This document shows, piece by piece, positions 30,273 to 39,680 of a DNA stretch of 64,000 nt (position 1 is its first letter; every line of letters begins with the position of its first letter). Where the stretch lies: contig NZ_QKWN01000006.1 of assembly GCF_007279655.1 (NCBI RefSeq), positions 138,033 to 202,032 of the forward strand, read 5' to 3'. A model generated the notes under the pieces. The model had not been told where the DNA came from and made no database searches. It was given only the letters and a program-made list of their open reading frames with translations. This DNA comes from Robertkochia solimangrovi (GTDB lineage Bacteria; Bacteroidota; Bacteroidia; Flavobacteriales; Flavobacteriaceae). The translations under genes and the position numbers were made by a program.

Positions 30273-30535
30273 GGTAAATCTTTCTTTTAAACTAAAAAAT
30301 CATTTTATGGATTTTATCACATCCTGAATCCTTAAATGAACTACTTTCATTGGTGAATTTTAAAGGATTTACTGTGATACAACTCATAATTCTTTGGTGT
30401 CCGATTAAAATCTTATGGTCTGCTGGAGCAATGGAAACCAATTAATTAAGGATTATGAATTATGGAAAATAGTTAGCTCCATTTCTTCATTCTAAATTAA
30501 TAATTCTCAATTCTTCATTCTTAATCTTTAATTTA

Positions 30536-30585
30536 TGTAACCAGTTACGTAATTTGTATTACATTTGCGTAACCGGTAACGTATC
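30536..30585 (+). promoter_or_regulatory. direct repeats GTAACCRGTWACGTA ×2 upstream of the marR-like gene (candidate operator)
   Basis: gtaaccagttacgtaa at 30536-30551 and gtaaccggtaacgta at 30569-30583. Both lie immediately 5' of the MarR start at 30592. Confidence 0.3.
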
Positions 30586-30591
30586 TTAACG

Positions 30592-31074
30592 ATGGAAAAC
30601 GATTTTTTATATGAAATGGAGTATCCGGGTCTGACCGGAAGATTGAAAAGGCTGAGCGACCTTTTCATCTATCAGACCAAGCAATTTTACCGCGATCATG
30701 ATCTGGATATCGAACCGAACTGGCATCCCATATTCGAGCTTTTAAAAAAACACGAAAGGCTTACGATAACCGAGATCGCAACATACCTGCATTTCACGCA
30801 TCCGGCTATTGTGAAGCTCATCGACAAGATGAAAGCCCATGGTTATATAAAATCGATCAGGGATAAAACAGACAAGCGTAAATTTCAGCTTGAACTCTCC
30901 GAAAAGGCCCGATCGAAAATGCCGTTGTTGGAAACATACTGGGCAGCAGGAAATCTGGCACTGGAGCAAATGCTGGAGTTTGATGATTCACTCCTGCAAC
31001 AAATGAAAGTCCTGGAAAGCAATATGTCATCCCGGGAATTCAACAGAAGAATGGAAGACAATTTAAAAAATTAA
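30592..31074 (+). CDS. MarR-family transcriptional regulator
   Basis: 160 aa with a winged-helix region (LTITEIATYLHFTHPAIVKLIDKMKAHGYIKSIRDKTDKR). Confidence 0.8.
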   Translation: MENDFLYEMEYPGLTGRLKRLSDLFIYQTKQFYRDHDLDIEPNWHPIFELLKKHERLTITEIATYLHFTHPAIVKLIDKMKAHGYIKSIRDKTDKRKFQLELSEKARSKMPLLETYWAAGNLALEQMLEFDDSLLQQMKVLESNMSSREFNRRMEDNLKN

Positions 31075-31088
31075 GTTTATCGAAAGGA

Positions 31089-31346
31089 TTGATGAAGATA
31101 TTATTGGATCTATCAGGATGGCTCGGGTCATTTATGGTGCTGCTTTCATATGCACTGACCCTTTCAAAATCGAAAGATTTTAGTGTCGTAAACCGCTATC
31201 TGAACCTGATGGGCGGAATACTGATCGCCGTAAATTGTTTATACTATAAGGCCATGCCGTCATTTGTTACCAATGTGATCTGGAGTTTGATCGCATTTGT
31301 TTCCTTATATAGAGCGCGTCAGCATCTCTTAAAGAATTTGAAATAA
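31089..31346 (+). CDS. small two-TM membrane protein (CBU_0592-like)
   Basis: 85 aa with two hydrophobic helices. Immediately downstream of marR. Confidence 0.5.
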   Translation: MMKILLDLSGWLGSFMVLLSYALTLSKSKDFSVVNRYLNLMGGILIAVNCLYYKAMPSFVTNVIWSLIAFVSLYRARQHLLKNLK

Positions 31347-31419
31347 CCCGAAAGATTTTAAAGAAATATTTTAAGGTAATTTTCCGTTTCTTATGAGCAG
31401 TATTGCTTGTAAGAGAAAA

Positions 31420-31447
31420 GAACGCGCCGACATTCGTTGACGCGTTC
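31420..31447. terminator. hairpin between convergent genes (bidirectional terminator candidate)
   Basis: GAACGCGccgacattcgttgaCGCGTTC with A/T-rich flanks. Confidence 0.4.
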
Positions 31448-31450
31448 TTC

Positions 31451-32551
31451 CTATTTATTAACGGCAAATATCTCTTTCAACTGGCCGATCATATTTCCGT
31501 TACCAGCCACAGTAATTTCTCCGATTTTATCTGCAATCTTCTCAACATACTCCATTTCCTTGAGTTTATAAAGCATTGCACTTTCTTCCATCAATTTAGC
31601 AGAATTCAATAAATTTCTGGTCGCTGCTGCCTCCTCTCTTCTTGTGATAATGTTGGCCTGAGCTCTTTTCTGAGCTACCAGAACCTGGTTCATGATATCC
31701 CTCATCTCACCGGGTAAGATTATATCCCGGATACCGAATTTTAAAACTTTGACTCCCAAGGCCTCCACATCTGTTTTCATGCTATTGAATACCGATGTTG
31801 CCAGCCCCTTCTTATCACCTAACAGATCATCAAGTGTATACTCACCGACATATGTCCTTAGCATCATCTGTGCTGCCACATACAATTGCTTTTGATAATC
31901 CCGGTTTTCAATCAAGGCTTTTTCGATATCAAAAACCCTGTAAACAATATCAGCATTGATTCTGACCGCAGCCTTATCCTTGGTCAATAATTCCTGACCG
32001 GAGATCTCAAGTTGCAGTTGTCTCATATCTGCTAAAAGAATTTCAATTTTGGATTGGTTCTTCCAGTATCGGTAAATTCCCGTACCCAGAGTTCTTTGAT
32101 ATACCCCATCGATATACAATAACCCTTTAGAATATGCATCTACCCCATATGATCGTAGATATGATGCCAGTATAGGATTATCATACCAGGATTTGTTGAT
32201 CCTTTCATCCACTTCATTATCTTCGAGATCAATGTATTCAAACCTGTAATCGACGAGTACATTCCAGTAGTAATAATTCCCTGCGGTCAATACTTTTTTC
32301 AGTATACCCTTCTCCAGAACAATTACAATCTGATCATCCCTAACAGCAATAACATGAAGCATTGCCGTAAGCTCTTTATCCTGCAGTAATATTTCTGCGG
32401 GTATCTGAGATTCGAATGGCCTTGTCAAATCATAATTGATCACCTGTTCTCCAAAACCCAACCAATAGTTACCGGAAGTTAATACCCTGCTATAATTTCC
32501 TCTTTTTATGACTAGTCCGACCTGACCGTCTCTAATTTTTACATGTTTCAT
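31451..32551 (-). CDS. SPFH/band-7 domain protein (stomatin/flotillin-like)
   Basis: 366 aa. C-terminal SPFH region with a coiled coil (...ILPGEMRDIMNQVLVAQKRAQANIITRREEAAA...). Confidence 0.7.
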   Translation of the reverse strand: MKHVKIRDGQVGLVIKRGNYSRVLTSGNYWLGFGEQVINYDLTRPFESQIPAEILLQDKELTAMLHVIAVRDDQIVIVLEKGILKKVLTAGNYYYWNVLVDYRFEYIDLEDNEVDERINKSWYDNPILASYLRSYGVDAYSKGLLYIDGVYQRTLGTGIYRYWKNQSKIEILLADMRQLQLEISGQELLTKDKAAVRINADIVYRVFDIEKALIENRDYQKQLYVAAQMMLRTYVGEYTLDDLLGDKKGLATSVFNSMKTDVEALGVKVLKFGIRDIILPGEMRDIMNQVLVAQKRAQANIITRREEAAATRNLLNSAKLMEESAMLYKLKEMEYVEKIADKIGEITVAGNGNMIGQLKEIFAVNK

Positions 32552-33002
32552 TTTATATATTTAATTGGTTTACTAATAAATTTCCAATTCTAAACTTTCG
32601 GTCATTTTCATTGTAATGCCCCTAAAAGCTTATAGGTTTCAGCTATGCAATTACCGGCATTCCATCTGAACAATCAGGATCATCAGCTTTTCCTTAGTAT
32701 TTTAAAGTATGTTTAAGACAGTGGGCACTATTCCTTAATCCTGTTTCAATGCTGAAAAACGATTCTGAACGGCTAACTGTCTAAACCCACTTCTCCTACC
32801 TTCGGATCTAAAGAGACCAGTGAGCGGTCAGATTTACTTTGTAAGCAACAAATGACGGATTACCGGTATTGATAGCACTTTAGCCTTGCGACCGTGATCA
32901 TTTTAAAGATGATCGAACTTCAAACAAACCTTTCAGTCCGTGCATAAAAATGGCGACTTAAGCCATGCGATACTGTTCTACCAATTGAACTAACTTCCTT
33001 TG

Positions 33003-33040
33003 ATCAGGAAGACGGGATTCGAACCCGCAACACGTACTCG
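33003..33040 (-). other. tRNA 3'-end-like fragment (T-arm + acceptor 3' strand) without a complete cloverleaf
   Basis: The minus strand reads GTGTTGCGGGTTCGAATCCCGTCTTCCTGA. This is a canonical T-stem/loop (GCGGG-TTCGAAT-CCCGT) followed by 7 nt and a discriminator. No matching 5' acceptor, D arm or anticodon arm could be built from the upstream sequence. Confidence 0.3.
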
Positions 33041-33232
33041 AGAACCATTATATGGTCAAGGTCCCAAACCTTCAATCGGGCTGTATACAGATTACTGATA
33101 CCCAAGGGTAAGTCTCTGCACATCGATGCTATTGGAAACATCAGACCCGGCCTGATCGAAATCCTTAACCTCCGGTATCGATGAATGCCACCAAAACCTA
33201 CCGGAGGTTTGTATCCCTCCTTTCAGGAACAC

Positions 33233-33757
33233 TTATTTCTTGGCTTTCGCTTTTTTCTTTTTCTTGCCCTCTTGCTTACCGATTCTCTTCTTCACTTTTT
33301 GGATCTCATCCTCAAGTTCAGTTAATGTATTCTTATCGGTATAGTATTTACCAGCCCTTTTATACGAACGCATAGCCTCTTTGTACTGCCCCTTGTACTC
33401 CCTTAACCTTCCCTCATAAAAAGCAAGTACTCCTTTGTGCACCTTCTGTATACTGTCCGCAAAACAGATCAGTTTTTCCGCTGCATCGAAATCCTGAGTT
33501 CTAAAAAGAACTGTGATAAACAACGGATAAATCCCGGGCCATTCGATATCGATGCTCATCGCCTGTTCGAAACAACTTTTGGCTGCTTCATAATCCTGAA
33601 ATTGTTCCATATGTACTCTGCCAAGCATACACCAAACCTGAACATTCAGATCATCATAAGACATCGCAAATTGCAAGGCTTCCATGGTCTCCGATATTTC
33701 ATATGGGTAGGCATCGAAAGCTTTATATAAATGTGGATTGTATGTTATTCTTTCCAT
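33233..33757 (-). CDS. TPR-like hypothetical protein with poly-Lys C-terminus
   Basis: 174 aa with helical-repeat character. C-terminus is KRIGKQEGKKKKKAKAKK. Confidence 0.5.
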   Translation of the reverse strand: MERITYNPHLYKAFDAYPYEISETMEALQFAMSYDDLNVQVWCMLGRVHMEQFQDYEAAKSCFEQAMSIDIEWPGIYPLFITVLFRTQDFDAAEKLICFADSIQKVHKGVLAFYEGRLREYKGQYKEAMRSYKRAGKYYTDKNTLTELEDEIQKVKKRIGKQEGKKKKKAKAKK

Positions 33758-34241
33758 AACGGTAATAATATTCGGTTCGGATTAAAATTTTTCCGAATCC
33801 TTGATTTATAAAGATTGATAGATTAAAAACTGAAATTTTAGTTTTCGATCCGTTACATTTCTATGGTATGCCCCGGATCTTTGTACTCAGTTATCTACTG
33901 GTGTGGAAAGAACCGAAGCCCAAAACGAGATTGTCTTACAATCTGCGTTTTTCTGGAATCACTGCAATAAGATAGCATGGCTTCGTAATTTTAAATTATT
34001 CTGATATTCTAATATTTTGTCTGTATTGAACGACGGTGCAAATATGAACTTGAAATTTTAAATATCCAAATAAAAATAGGTTTTAATTATTTGATTTTCA
34101 ATTACTTATAGATAAAATTAAACATATGTTTCCCTGTCCCCCAATACGGCGGATACAATGATATCGCTAAGTATTTCATTCTCAAATATTTTCTAAAACT
34201 CACATGTTGTTTTTAGTTTATTCATCAGTTAAAAAAATTTT

Positions 34242-34279
34242 CAAAAAAAAACGCCCGAGAGATATCGGGCGTTTTTTAA
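34242..34279 (+). terminator. orphan rho-independent terminator in a gene-free divergent intergenic region
   Basis: aaaaaaaaACGCCCGAgagatatCGGGCGTtttttt. A perfect 8-bp GC stem with an A-tract 5' and a T-tract 3' (bidirectional architecture). Confidence 0.6.
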
Positions 34280-34562
34280 AGTATCTTCAAATGATATATG
34301 TTATCACATTTTAGCCTTTAAAATAGAAAATATTCGCCCATTCCTTGAATTTAGTCCTCCTAAATCACGGTTTTTAATGCTACTGCATGGTAGCCCTGGT
34401 GACGTATATTTTTGAAAAATTTTCATTTCGAATACAAATATGCGAATTTTATTACTAAAATTCCAGTTTCCATCCTAACAGTTTCTTCCTGAAGGATTCA
34501 GTCCAGGTAAGAATTCAGCGCTATTCATTGATTATTCTTTATAGAAATCGTAAACTAGTTCT

Positions 34563-35321
34563 ATGAAACACAAACGCAGAGAATTTTTTAGGAAAATGGG
34601 TTTGGCCGGTATAGCCTTAGGAACTGTGCCAAATATAATTGCTCAAGAATTAAAATCAGAAGTACCGACTACTCCAACTCTGGATCCGGGTATGAAGATC
34701 CTTTTTCAAGGAGATTCGATCACCGATGGGAATCGCAGTAGAAATGACGACTGGAATCATGTTATGGGCCATGGATATGCCTATCTTATTGCCAGCAGAC
34801 TCTGGTATGACTTTCCTGATAAACAATATATGTTTTACAACCGTGGTATCAGTGGAAATACAGTGAAGGATCTTAACGATCGCTGGCAGGAAGACACCTT
34901 AAAACTCAATCCTGATCTGATCAGCATTCTCGCAGGGGTCAATGATATCTTTTACGATATTTATGACCAAAAAACAATTGACTACAAAGCCTTAATGGAA
35001 TCATACTCCGAACTTATAGAAAAAAGCAGGGAAAATAATCCGAACGTAAAAATAGTCTTATGTGAACCTTTCACACTCAGGGTTGGTCATGTAGAAAAGG
35101 ACCCTGCCAATTGGGAAAGCAAAGTCGGTAAACTTCAGGAATTGGTTCGGGAACTTGCCGCAACTTATAAAGCCCATTTTGTCGCTCTTCAAAAACCTTT
35201 TAATGATCATTTAAAACTAGCTCCTGCAAAATACTGGATCTGGGATGGCATACATCCCATGCCTGCCGGACATGAACTGATTGCCCGTGAATGGCTTAAA
35301 CAGACCCAAGGACTTTATTGA
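34563..35321 (+). CDS. SGNH/GDSL-family hydrolase, Tat-secreted
   Basis: 252 aa. Twin-arginine leader (RREFFRKMGLAGIALG), a GDSITDG block and a C-terminal DGIHP block. Confidence 0.8.
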   Translation: MKHKRREFFRKMGLAGIALGTVPNIIAQELKSEVPTTPTLDPGMKILFQGDSITDGNRSRNDDWNHVMGHGYAYLIASRLWYDFPDKQYMFYNRGISGNTVKDLNDRWQEDTLKLNPDLISILAGVNDIFYDIYDQKTIDYKALMESYSELIEKSRENNPNVKIVLCEPFTLRVGHVEKDPANWESKVGKLQELVRELAATYKAHFVALQKPFNDHLKLAPAKYWIWDGIHPMPAGHELIAREWLKQTQGLY

Positions 35322-36440
35322 TCAATTAAATTCTTTCCACCAGGCATCATATTGAATGGAATCGTTCTCCCAGAAAACTTTCTCACCGATCTCCGGTGTG
35401 ATTATACGAATGCTTCCGTCATTTGCCTTGACCACAGCCTCAATGGGCTCCTTCCAGGTATGCATGGCAAGAGCGAACTTTGAATTATGAACCGGGATAT
35501 ATCTTTTAGCATTCAGATCCTTTAAAGCTTGAATCTGTTCTCCAGGAATCATATGAATGTATTTCCAGGCACTGTTATACTGCCCCGTTTCCAATATCGC
35601 AAGGTCAATGCTGCCATACTTCTTACCTATCACTTTAAAATGATCATCATAACCTGAATCTCCTCCTATATAAATCTTCTGTCCTCCGATTTCCAGTAAG
35701 TAACTCGCCCATAAGGTTCCGTTTCTTTTAAATCCACGACCGGAAAAATGTCTCGCGGGTTCCGCATTGAAGGTGACGAAATTATCGAAGCTCACACTTT
35801 CATACCAGTCCAGTTCCGTAATAGTGTCCGGATTAAAGTCCCAGTGTTCCAGATGTGCCCCTACCCCCAATGGGGCAATGACATGCTTGATTCGAGATCG
35901 CAGTGCCGTTACCGTTTCATAATCGAGGTGATCCCAGTGATCATGAGAAATAACCAGGTAATCTATTTCCGGAATATCTTCAGCCTTGTACACATCACTG
36001 CCTGGAAAAGCACGGGTAGTAAAACTCAACGGACTCGCAGCTCCGCTCAGTACCGGATCCACCAGAAATCTCTTTCCTCCGGTTTGAATGAAATACGAGG
36101 AGTGCCCCATCCATATATAAACCTCATCTGCTTTATCAAGCGTCTTCAGGTCGGTTTTAGAGAATTTCAAAGTATCTGCAGGCTTAACACCATCTTTCTT
36201 CTCAAAGAGAAATTTGAACATCACCCCGGCCATAGAGGCATCTTCAGCCAATTGCGGTGTTTCACTTAAATTCTGAAAACTTCCTTCCCGAAAGTTGGGT
36301 GATTGTTCCATCCGTTCCAGACGTGCCCCTTCAGGTGCTTTTCCGAATTTCGGATGTTGCATAAAAAGCCAGGTAGCCAAAACCAGAAATAGAGCAAGAA
36401 AGATAATTGTCATCACAATACGTTTTAATAATTTCACCAT
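35322..36440 (-). CDS. MBL-fold metallo-hydrolase, membrane-anchored
   Basis: 372 aa with an N-terminal TM and an HxHxDH-type motif (SHDHWDHLD). Confidence 0.75.
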   Translation of the reverse strand: MVKLLKRIVMTIIFLALFLVLATWLFMQHPKFGKAPEGARLERMEQSPNFREGSFQNLSETPQLAEDASMAGVMFKFLFEKKDGVKPADTLKFSKTDLKTLDKADEVYIWMGHSSYFIQTGGKRFLVDPVLSGAASPLSFTTRAFPGSDVYKAEDIPEIDYLVISHDHWDHLDYETVTALRSRIKHVIAPLGVGAHLEHWDFNPDTITELDWYESVSFDNFVTFNAEPARHFSGRGFKRNGTLWASYLLEIGGQKIYIGGDSGYDDHFKVIGKKYGSIDLAILETGQYNSAWKYIHMIPGEQIQALKDLNAKRYIPVHNSKFALAMHTWKEPIEAVVKANDGSIRIITPEIGEKVFWENDSIQYDAWWKEFN

Positions 36441-36635
36441 TAAGATTCAGTAATTATTCCCGGGCAGACCAGCATTGTTGCTCCCGAATTAAACAAGTCT
36501 TTACCGTCATGAATTCCTTACAAAAAAAGTTCATTTTTGAAGGGAACAAATGTAAAGGATAAGAGGGATGAAAAATTGCAGAAATCAAATCGTGAGTTGT
36601 AAATTTCAAACAAAATCCTATGGAAAGGCAGTAAT

Positions 36636-36700
36636 AATGGGGACAATGGGGACACTAATGACACTGGGGACACTAGTGACACTAGTAACAATGGGGACAA
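36636..36700. repeat. 9-bp periodic tandem repeat (GACACTAGT family) ×7
   Basis: atggggaca/atggggaca/ctaatgaca/ctggggaca/ctagtgaca/ctagtaaca/atggggaca. Confidence 0.8.
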
Positions 36701-36730
36701 TGTTGATAATGGCAAAGATTAACCTTCTTG

Positions 36731-36846
36731 AATTCTCAATTCTACATTCTAAATCCATAATCCTTAATTCATAATCCTTAATCCTTAATTCATAATCCTT
36801 AATCCTTAATCCTTAATCCATAATCCTTAATCCATAATCCTTCATT
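36731..36846. repeat. 25-bp dispersed motif followed by a (CCTTAAT/YCATAAT)n 7-bp tandem repeat ×13
   Basis: aattctcaattctacattctaaatc, then ccataat ccttaat tcataat ccttaat ... The same 25-mer, with 2 mismatches, occurs at 30500-30524. Confidence 0.8.
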
Positions 36847-36861
36847 TAAAAAAACAAAAAA

Positions 36862-36902
36862 CCAGTTTGCAGTTACGTTTTACGGTCGATACAAACTGGT
36901 TC
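36862..36902 (-). terminator. rho-independent terminator of the molybdopterin oxidoreductase operon
   Basis: On the minus strand: AACCAGTTTGtatcgaccgtaaaacgtaactgCAAACTGGTT followed by ttttgttttttt. Confidence 0.55.
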
Positions 36903-36925
36903 TTCAAAATTAATTATAAAGACGA

Positions 36926-39220
36926 CTAACTTTTAAGTTTTCTTTCAGCGACAAAAGGTTGATGGTAATGTCGTTCTCCTGTTGCTTTATACAAGGCATT
37001 TGCCAGGGCACCAACAACCGGAGGGAAAGGTGGCTCTCCTAAACCTGTAGGGTGAATATCATTTTGAACGAATGCTACTTCCAGTTCTTTAGGTGCTTCA
37101 CTATGTCGGATCATCCGATACCTGTCGAAATTGGATTGTTCAGGCCTACCTTCTTTGAAGGTCAGACCGCAGAACATAGACTGTCCGATACCATCAATGG
37201 TACCCCCTTCCACCATATTAGAGGCTGCGATCGGATTTACCACGATTCCGCAATCAACTGCACACCATACTTTCTCGATGACTGGAGTATCGTTATCCAT
37301 TGTCATTTCAAGTACATTGGCGACATAACTGTTATGGCAGAAATAGGCAGAAACCCCTCTGTGGTGGGTACTATCCTGATCCCATCCCGATTTTTCCCGT
37401 ACGAGTTTCAGTACACCTGCGTAGCGGTCGGCTTCATAATCATTATTTTCTCCTACCGGATCTTTTTGCGCTTTTTCGAGTAATTCCAAACGGAAATCAA
37501 TCGGATCCTTACCTACCGCTTCCGCGACTTCATCGAGGAATGCCTGTTCGACACCAGCGATAAAGTTCGAACGTGGAGCCCGGAAGGCACCTACGGAAAT
37601 ATTCGAATCCATTTCCCATGATTCTGCAAGATAGTTATCGATGGCTCCTGCCGGGAATCTGTTTGCAAACAACGGACTCTCAGGAATACCCCCTGCTCTT
37701 ACATGGAATCCGATAAGGTTGTTATCCGCGTCCAGGGCAGCTCTGTAATAGGCATGATAGGAAGGGCGATAATTACCAAAGGTCATGTCATCTTCCCGGG
37801 TATATACCAGTTTAACAGGAGCTTTAACCTTCTGAGAAATCGCGGCCGCTTCTACAACGAAATGTCCGTATAATCTTCTACCAAAGCCTCCTCCCTGACG
37901 GGTCATTTGAATATCGATCTTTTCCAGCGGGAGTCCGATACGGGCAGAAACTGCCTTTTCCATGAATTCCGGTGTCTGAATAGGTCCGATCAGTGTTGCT
38001 TTCTCATCGGTCACGTCCGCATAGAAGTTCATAGGCTCCATCGTGTTATGAGCAAGAAAGGGTGCTGTATAACTTCTTTCGATCACCTTGGCAGCATTTT
38101 TAAACGCTTTTTCGGGATCGCCATCTTTGCGTACTTCTTTAGCCAGCTTTTCAGACATGGTCTCCATACGTTGCTGATGAACCTCCGTACTTTCAAATCC
38201 GGCGGGTACCTTACTCGGATAAGGATCACCACCTCCAAAGCCAGTATAATAATCTTCGTAACTTTCAAAAGGCTCCCACGTTACTTTGAGTGCTTTCTTA
38301 GCCTTCATAACTTCCCAGGTGGAATCACCGGTGATTACCACCAGCTCTTTAAAGGCATCCGCATCAAACATACTCATGGTATATCCTTCTTCATAGGTCT
38401 TAATGGTGAAAATATCCTTAATACCCGGCATATCGCGAACTCCGGTATCATCAAACGATTTGAACTTGAGTCCAAAGGCCGGGGGATGAATGATCATTGC
38501 GATCTGCATTCCTTCCTTATAGGTGTCAAGTCCGAATAAAGGTTTTCCGGTAACGATCTTCATTCCGTCCACATTATTACGGGAGGTCCGTATGATCTTA
38601 AAGTCTTTAACTTCCTTGAGCTCGACTTTTTCCGGAACTTCAAGAGTTGCCGCCAGCGAAGCCATTTCTCCATACCCGGCCGATTTTCCACTAGCTTCAT
38701 GGTAAAGCACGCCGGCATCCGTGGTGATCTCCTCTACGGGAACCTGCCAGGTCTTTGCTGCCGCTTCTTTGAGCATATGTCGTGCAGTTCCCCCAGCCAT
38801 TCGAAGTCCGTCCCATCCTTGTCGGATAGACTGACTACCTCCGGCTATCTGTCTTGAAAATACTGCTGTATTCAGGGGAGCCTGTTCAACGATCACATTA
38901 TTCCAATCGATATCCAGTTCTTCCGCGACGATCATCGGCATGGAAGTTTTTACGTTCTGACCGATCTCAGGATTTGGAGACATGATGGTGACTACGCCAT
39001 TTTCTCCGATCTTCAGAAACCCATTGATCTCATACCACTCCTCCGGTAATTCCAGAGTAGCCATGGTACTTTCAGTTTCGGTTTTACAGGAAGCGAACCA
39101 ACTGAAGCCAATCAGCATTCCCCCACCGGCCATAGCCGAGGTCTTTAAAAAGGAACGTCTTCCCAATGATGTTTTTATAAGTGCCACTTGATTATTTTTT
39201 AAGTTATTGATGGAATACAA
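36926..39220 (-). CDS. xanthine dehydrogenase/aldehyde oxidase-family molybdopterin-binding subunit (IorB-like), Tat-exported
   Basis: 764 aa. Tat leader (RRSFLKTSAMAGGGMLIGF) and molybdopterin-binding domain layout. It is paired with an upstream 2Fe-2S subunit gene. Confidence 0.85.
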   Translation of the reverse strand: MYSINNLKNNQVALIKTSLGRRSFLKTSAMAGGGMLIGFSWFASCKTETESTMATLELPEEWYEINGFLKIGENGVVTIMSPNPEIGQNVKTSMPMIVAEELDIDWNNVIVEQAPLNTAVFSRQIAGGSQSIRQGWDGLRMAGGTARHMLKEAAAKTWQVPVEEITTDAGVLYHEASGKSAGYGEMASLAATLEVPEKVELKEVKDFKIIRTSRNNVDGMKIVTGKPLFGLDTYKEGMQIAMIIHPPAFGLKFKSFDDTGVRDMPGIKDIFTIKTYEEGYTMSMFDADAFKELVVITGDSTWEVMKAKKALKVTWEPFESYEDYYTGFGGGDPYPSKVPAGFESTEVHQQRMETMSEKLAKEVRKDGDPEKAFKNAAKVIERSYTAPFLAHNTMEPMNFYADVTDEKATLIGPIQTPEFMEKAVSARIGLPLEKIDIQMTRQGGGFGRRLYGHFVVEAAAISQKVKAPVKLVYTREDDMTFGNYRPSYHAYYRAALDADNNLIGFHVRAGGIPESPLFANRFPAGAIDNYLAESWEMDSNISVGAFRAPRSNFIAGVEQAFLDEVAEAVGKDPIDFRLELLEKAQKDPVGENNDYEADRYAGVLKLVREKSGWDQDSTHHRGVSAYFCHNSYVANVLEMTMDNDTPVIEKVWCAVDCGIVVNPIAASNMVEGGTIDGIGQSMFCGLTFKEGRPEQSNFDRYRMIRHSEAPKELEVAFVQNDIHPTGLGEPPFPPVVGALANALYKATGERHYHQPFVAERKLKS

Positions 39221-39221
39221 A

Positions 39222-39680
39222 TCAGCTGTTTACAGCTGCTGACTTTATCGCTGCCTTGATGCGTTTATAGGTCCCGCACCGACAAATGTTTCCGTTCATA
39301 GCTGCATCGATATCAGCATCCGTAGGATTCGGATTGGTTTTGAGTAGTGCTGCTGCAGACATGATCTGTCCCGCCTGACAATATCCGCATTGCGGAACAT
39401 CAAGTTCAAGCCAGGCCTTTTGAACGGGATGATCCCCGTTTTCTGACAACCCTTCTATAGTGGTGATTTTCTGATCACCGATGGCTCCCACCTGAATCTG
39501 ACAGGATCGAACCGGAATACCTTCAAGATGAACCGTACAGGCTCCACACTGTGCGATCCCGCAACCGAATTTAGTTCCGGTAAGCTGTAAATGATCCCGC
39601 AAGACCCACAGCAACGGCGTATCCTCAGCCACATTTACGGTCTCGGTATTGCCATTAATGACTATTTTGAATTCTGACAT
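39222..39680 (-). CDS. (2Fe-2S)-binding small subunit of the molybdopterin oxidoreductase (IorA-like)
   Basis: 152 aa with two Cys clusters ([13 protein letters not shown] and [16 protein letters not shown]...CRCGTY). Confidence 0.85.
   Translation of the reverse strand: MSEFKIVINGNTETVNVAEDTPLLWVLRDHLQLTGTKFGCGIAQCGACTVHLEGIPVRSCQIQVGAIGDQKITTIEGLSENGDHPVQKAWLELDVPQCGYCQAGQIMSAAALLKTNPNPTDADIDAAMNGNICRCGTYKRIKAAIKSAAVNS

Noticed and set aside
33003-33400. tmRNA (ssrA) with tRNA-like 3' end
   Set aside because: A tmRNA body would have to overlap the plausible TPR-like ORF at 33233-33757. No 5' GGGG…GGATTCGAC pairing partner or tag reading frame was found.
36518-36774. Small ORFs 36518-36715(-) and 36568-36774(+) as protein-coding genes
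   Set aside because: They are generated by the 9-bp periodic and 7-bp tandem repeats and give low-complexity translations. They have no start-site context.
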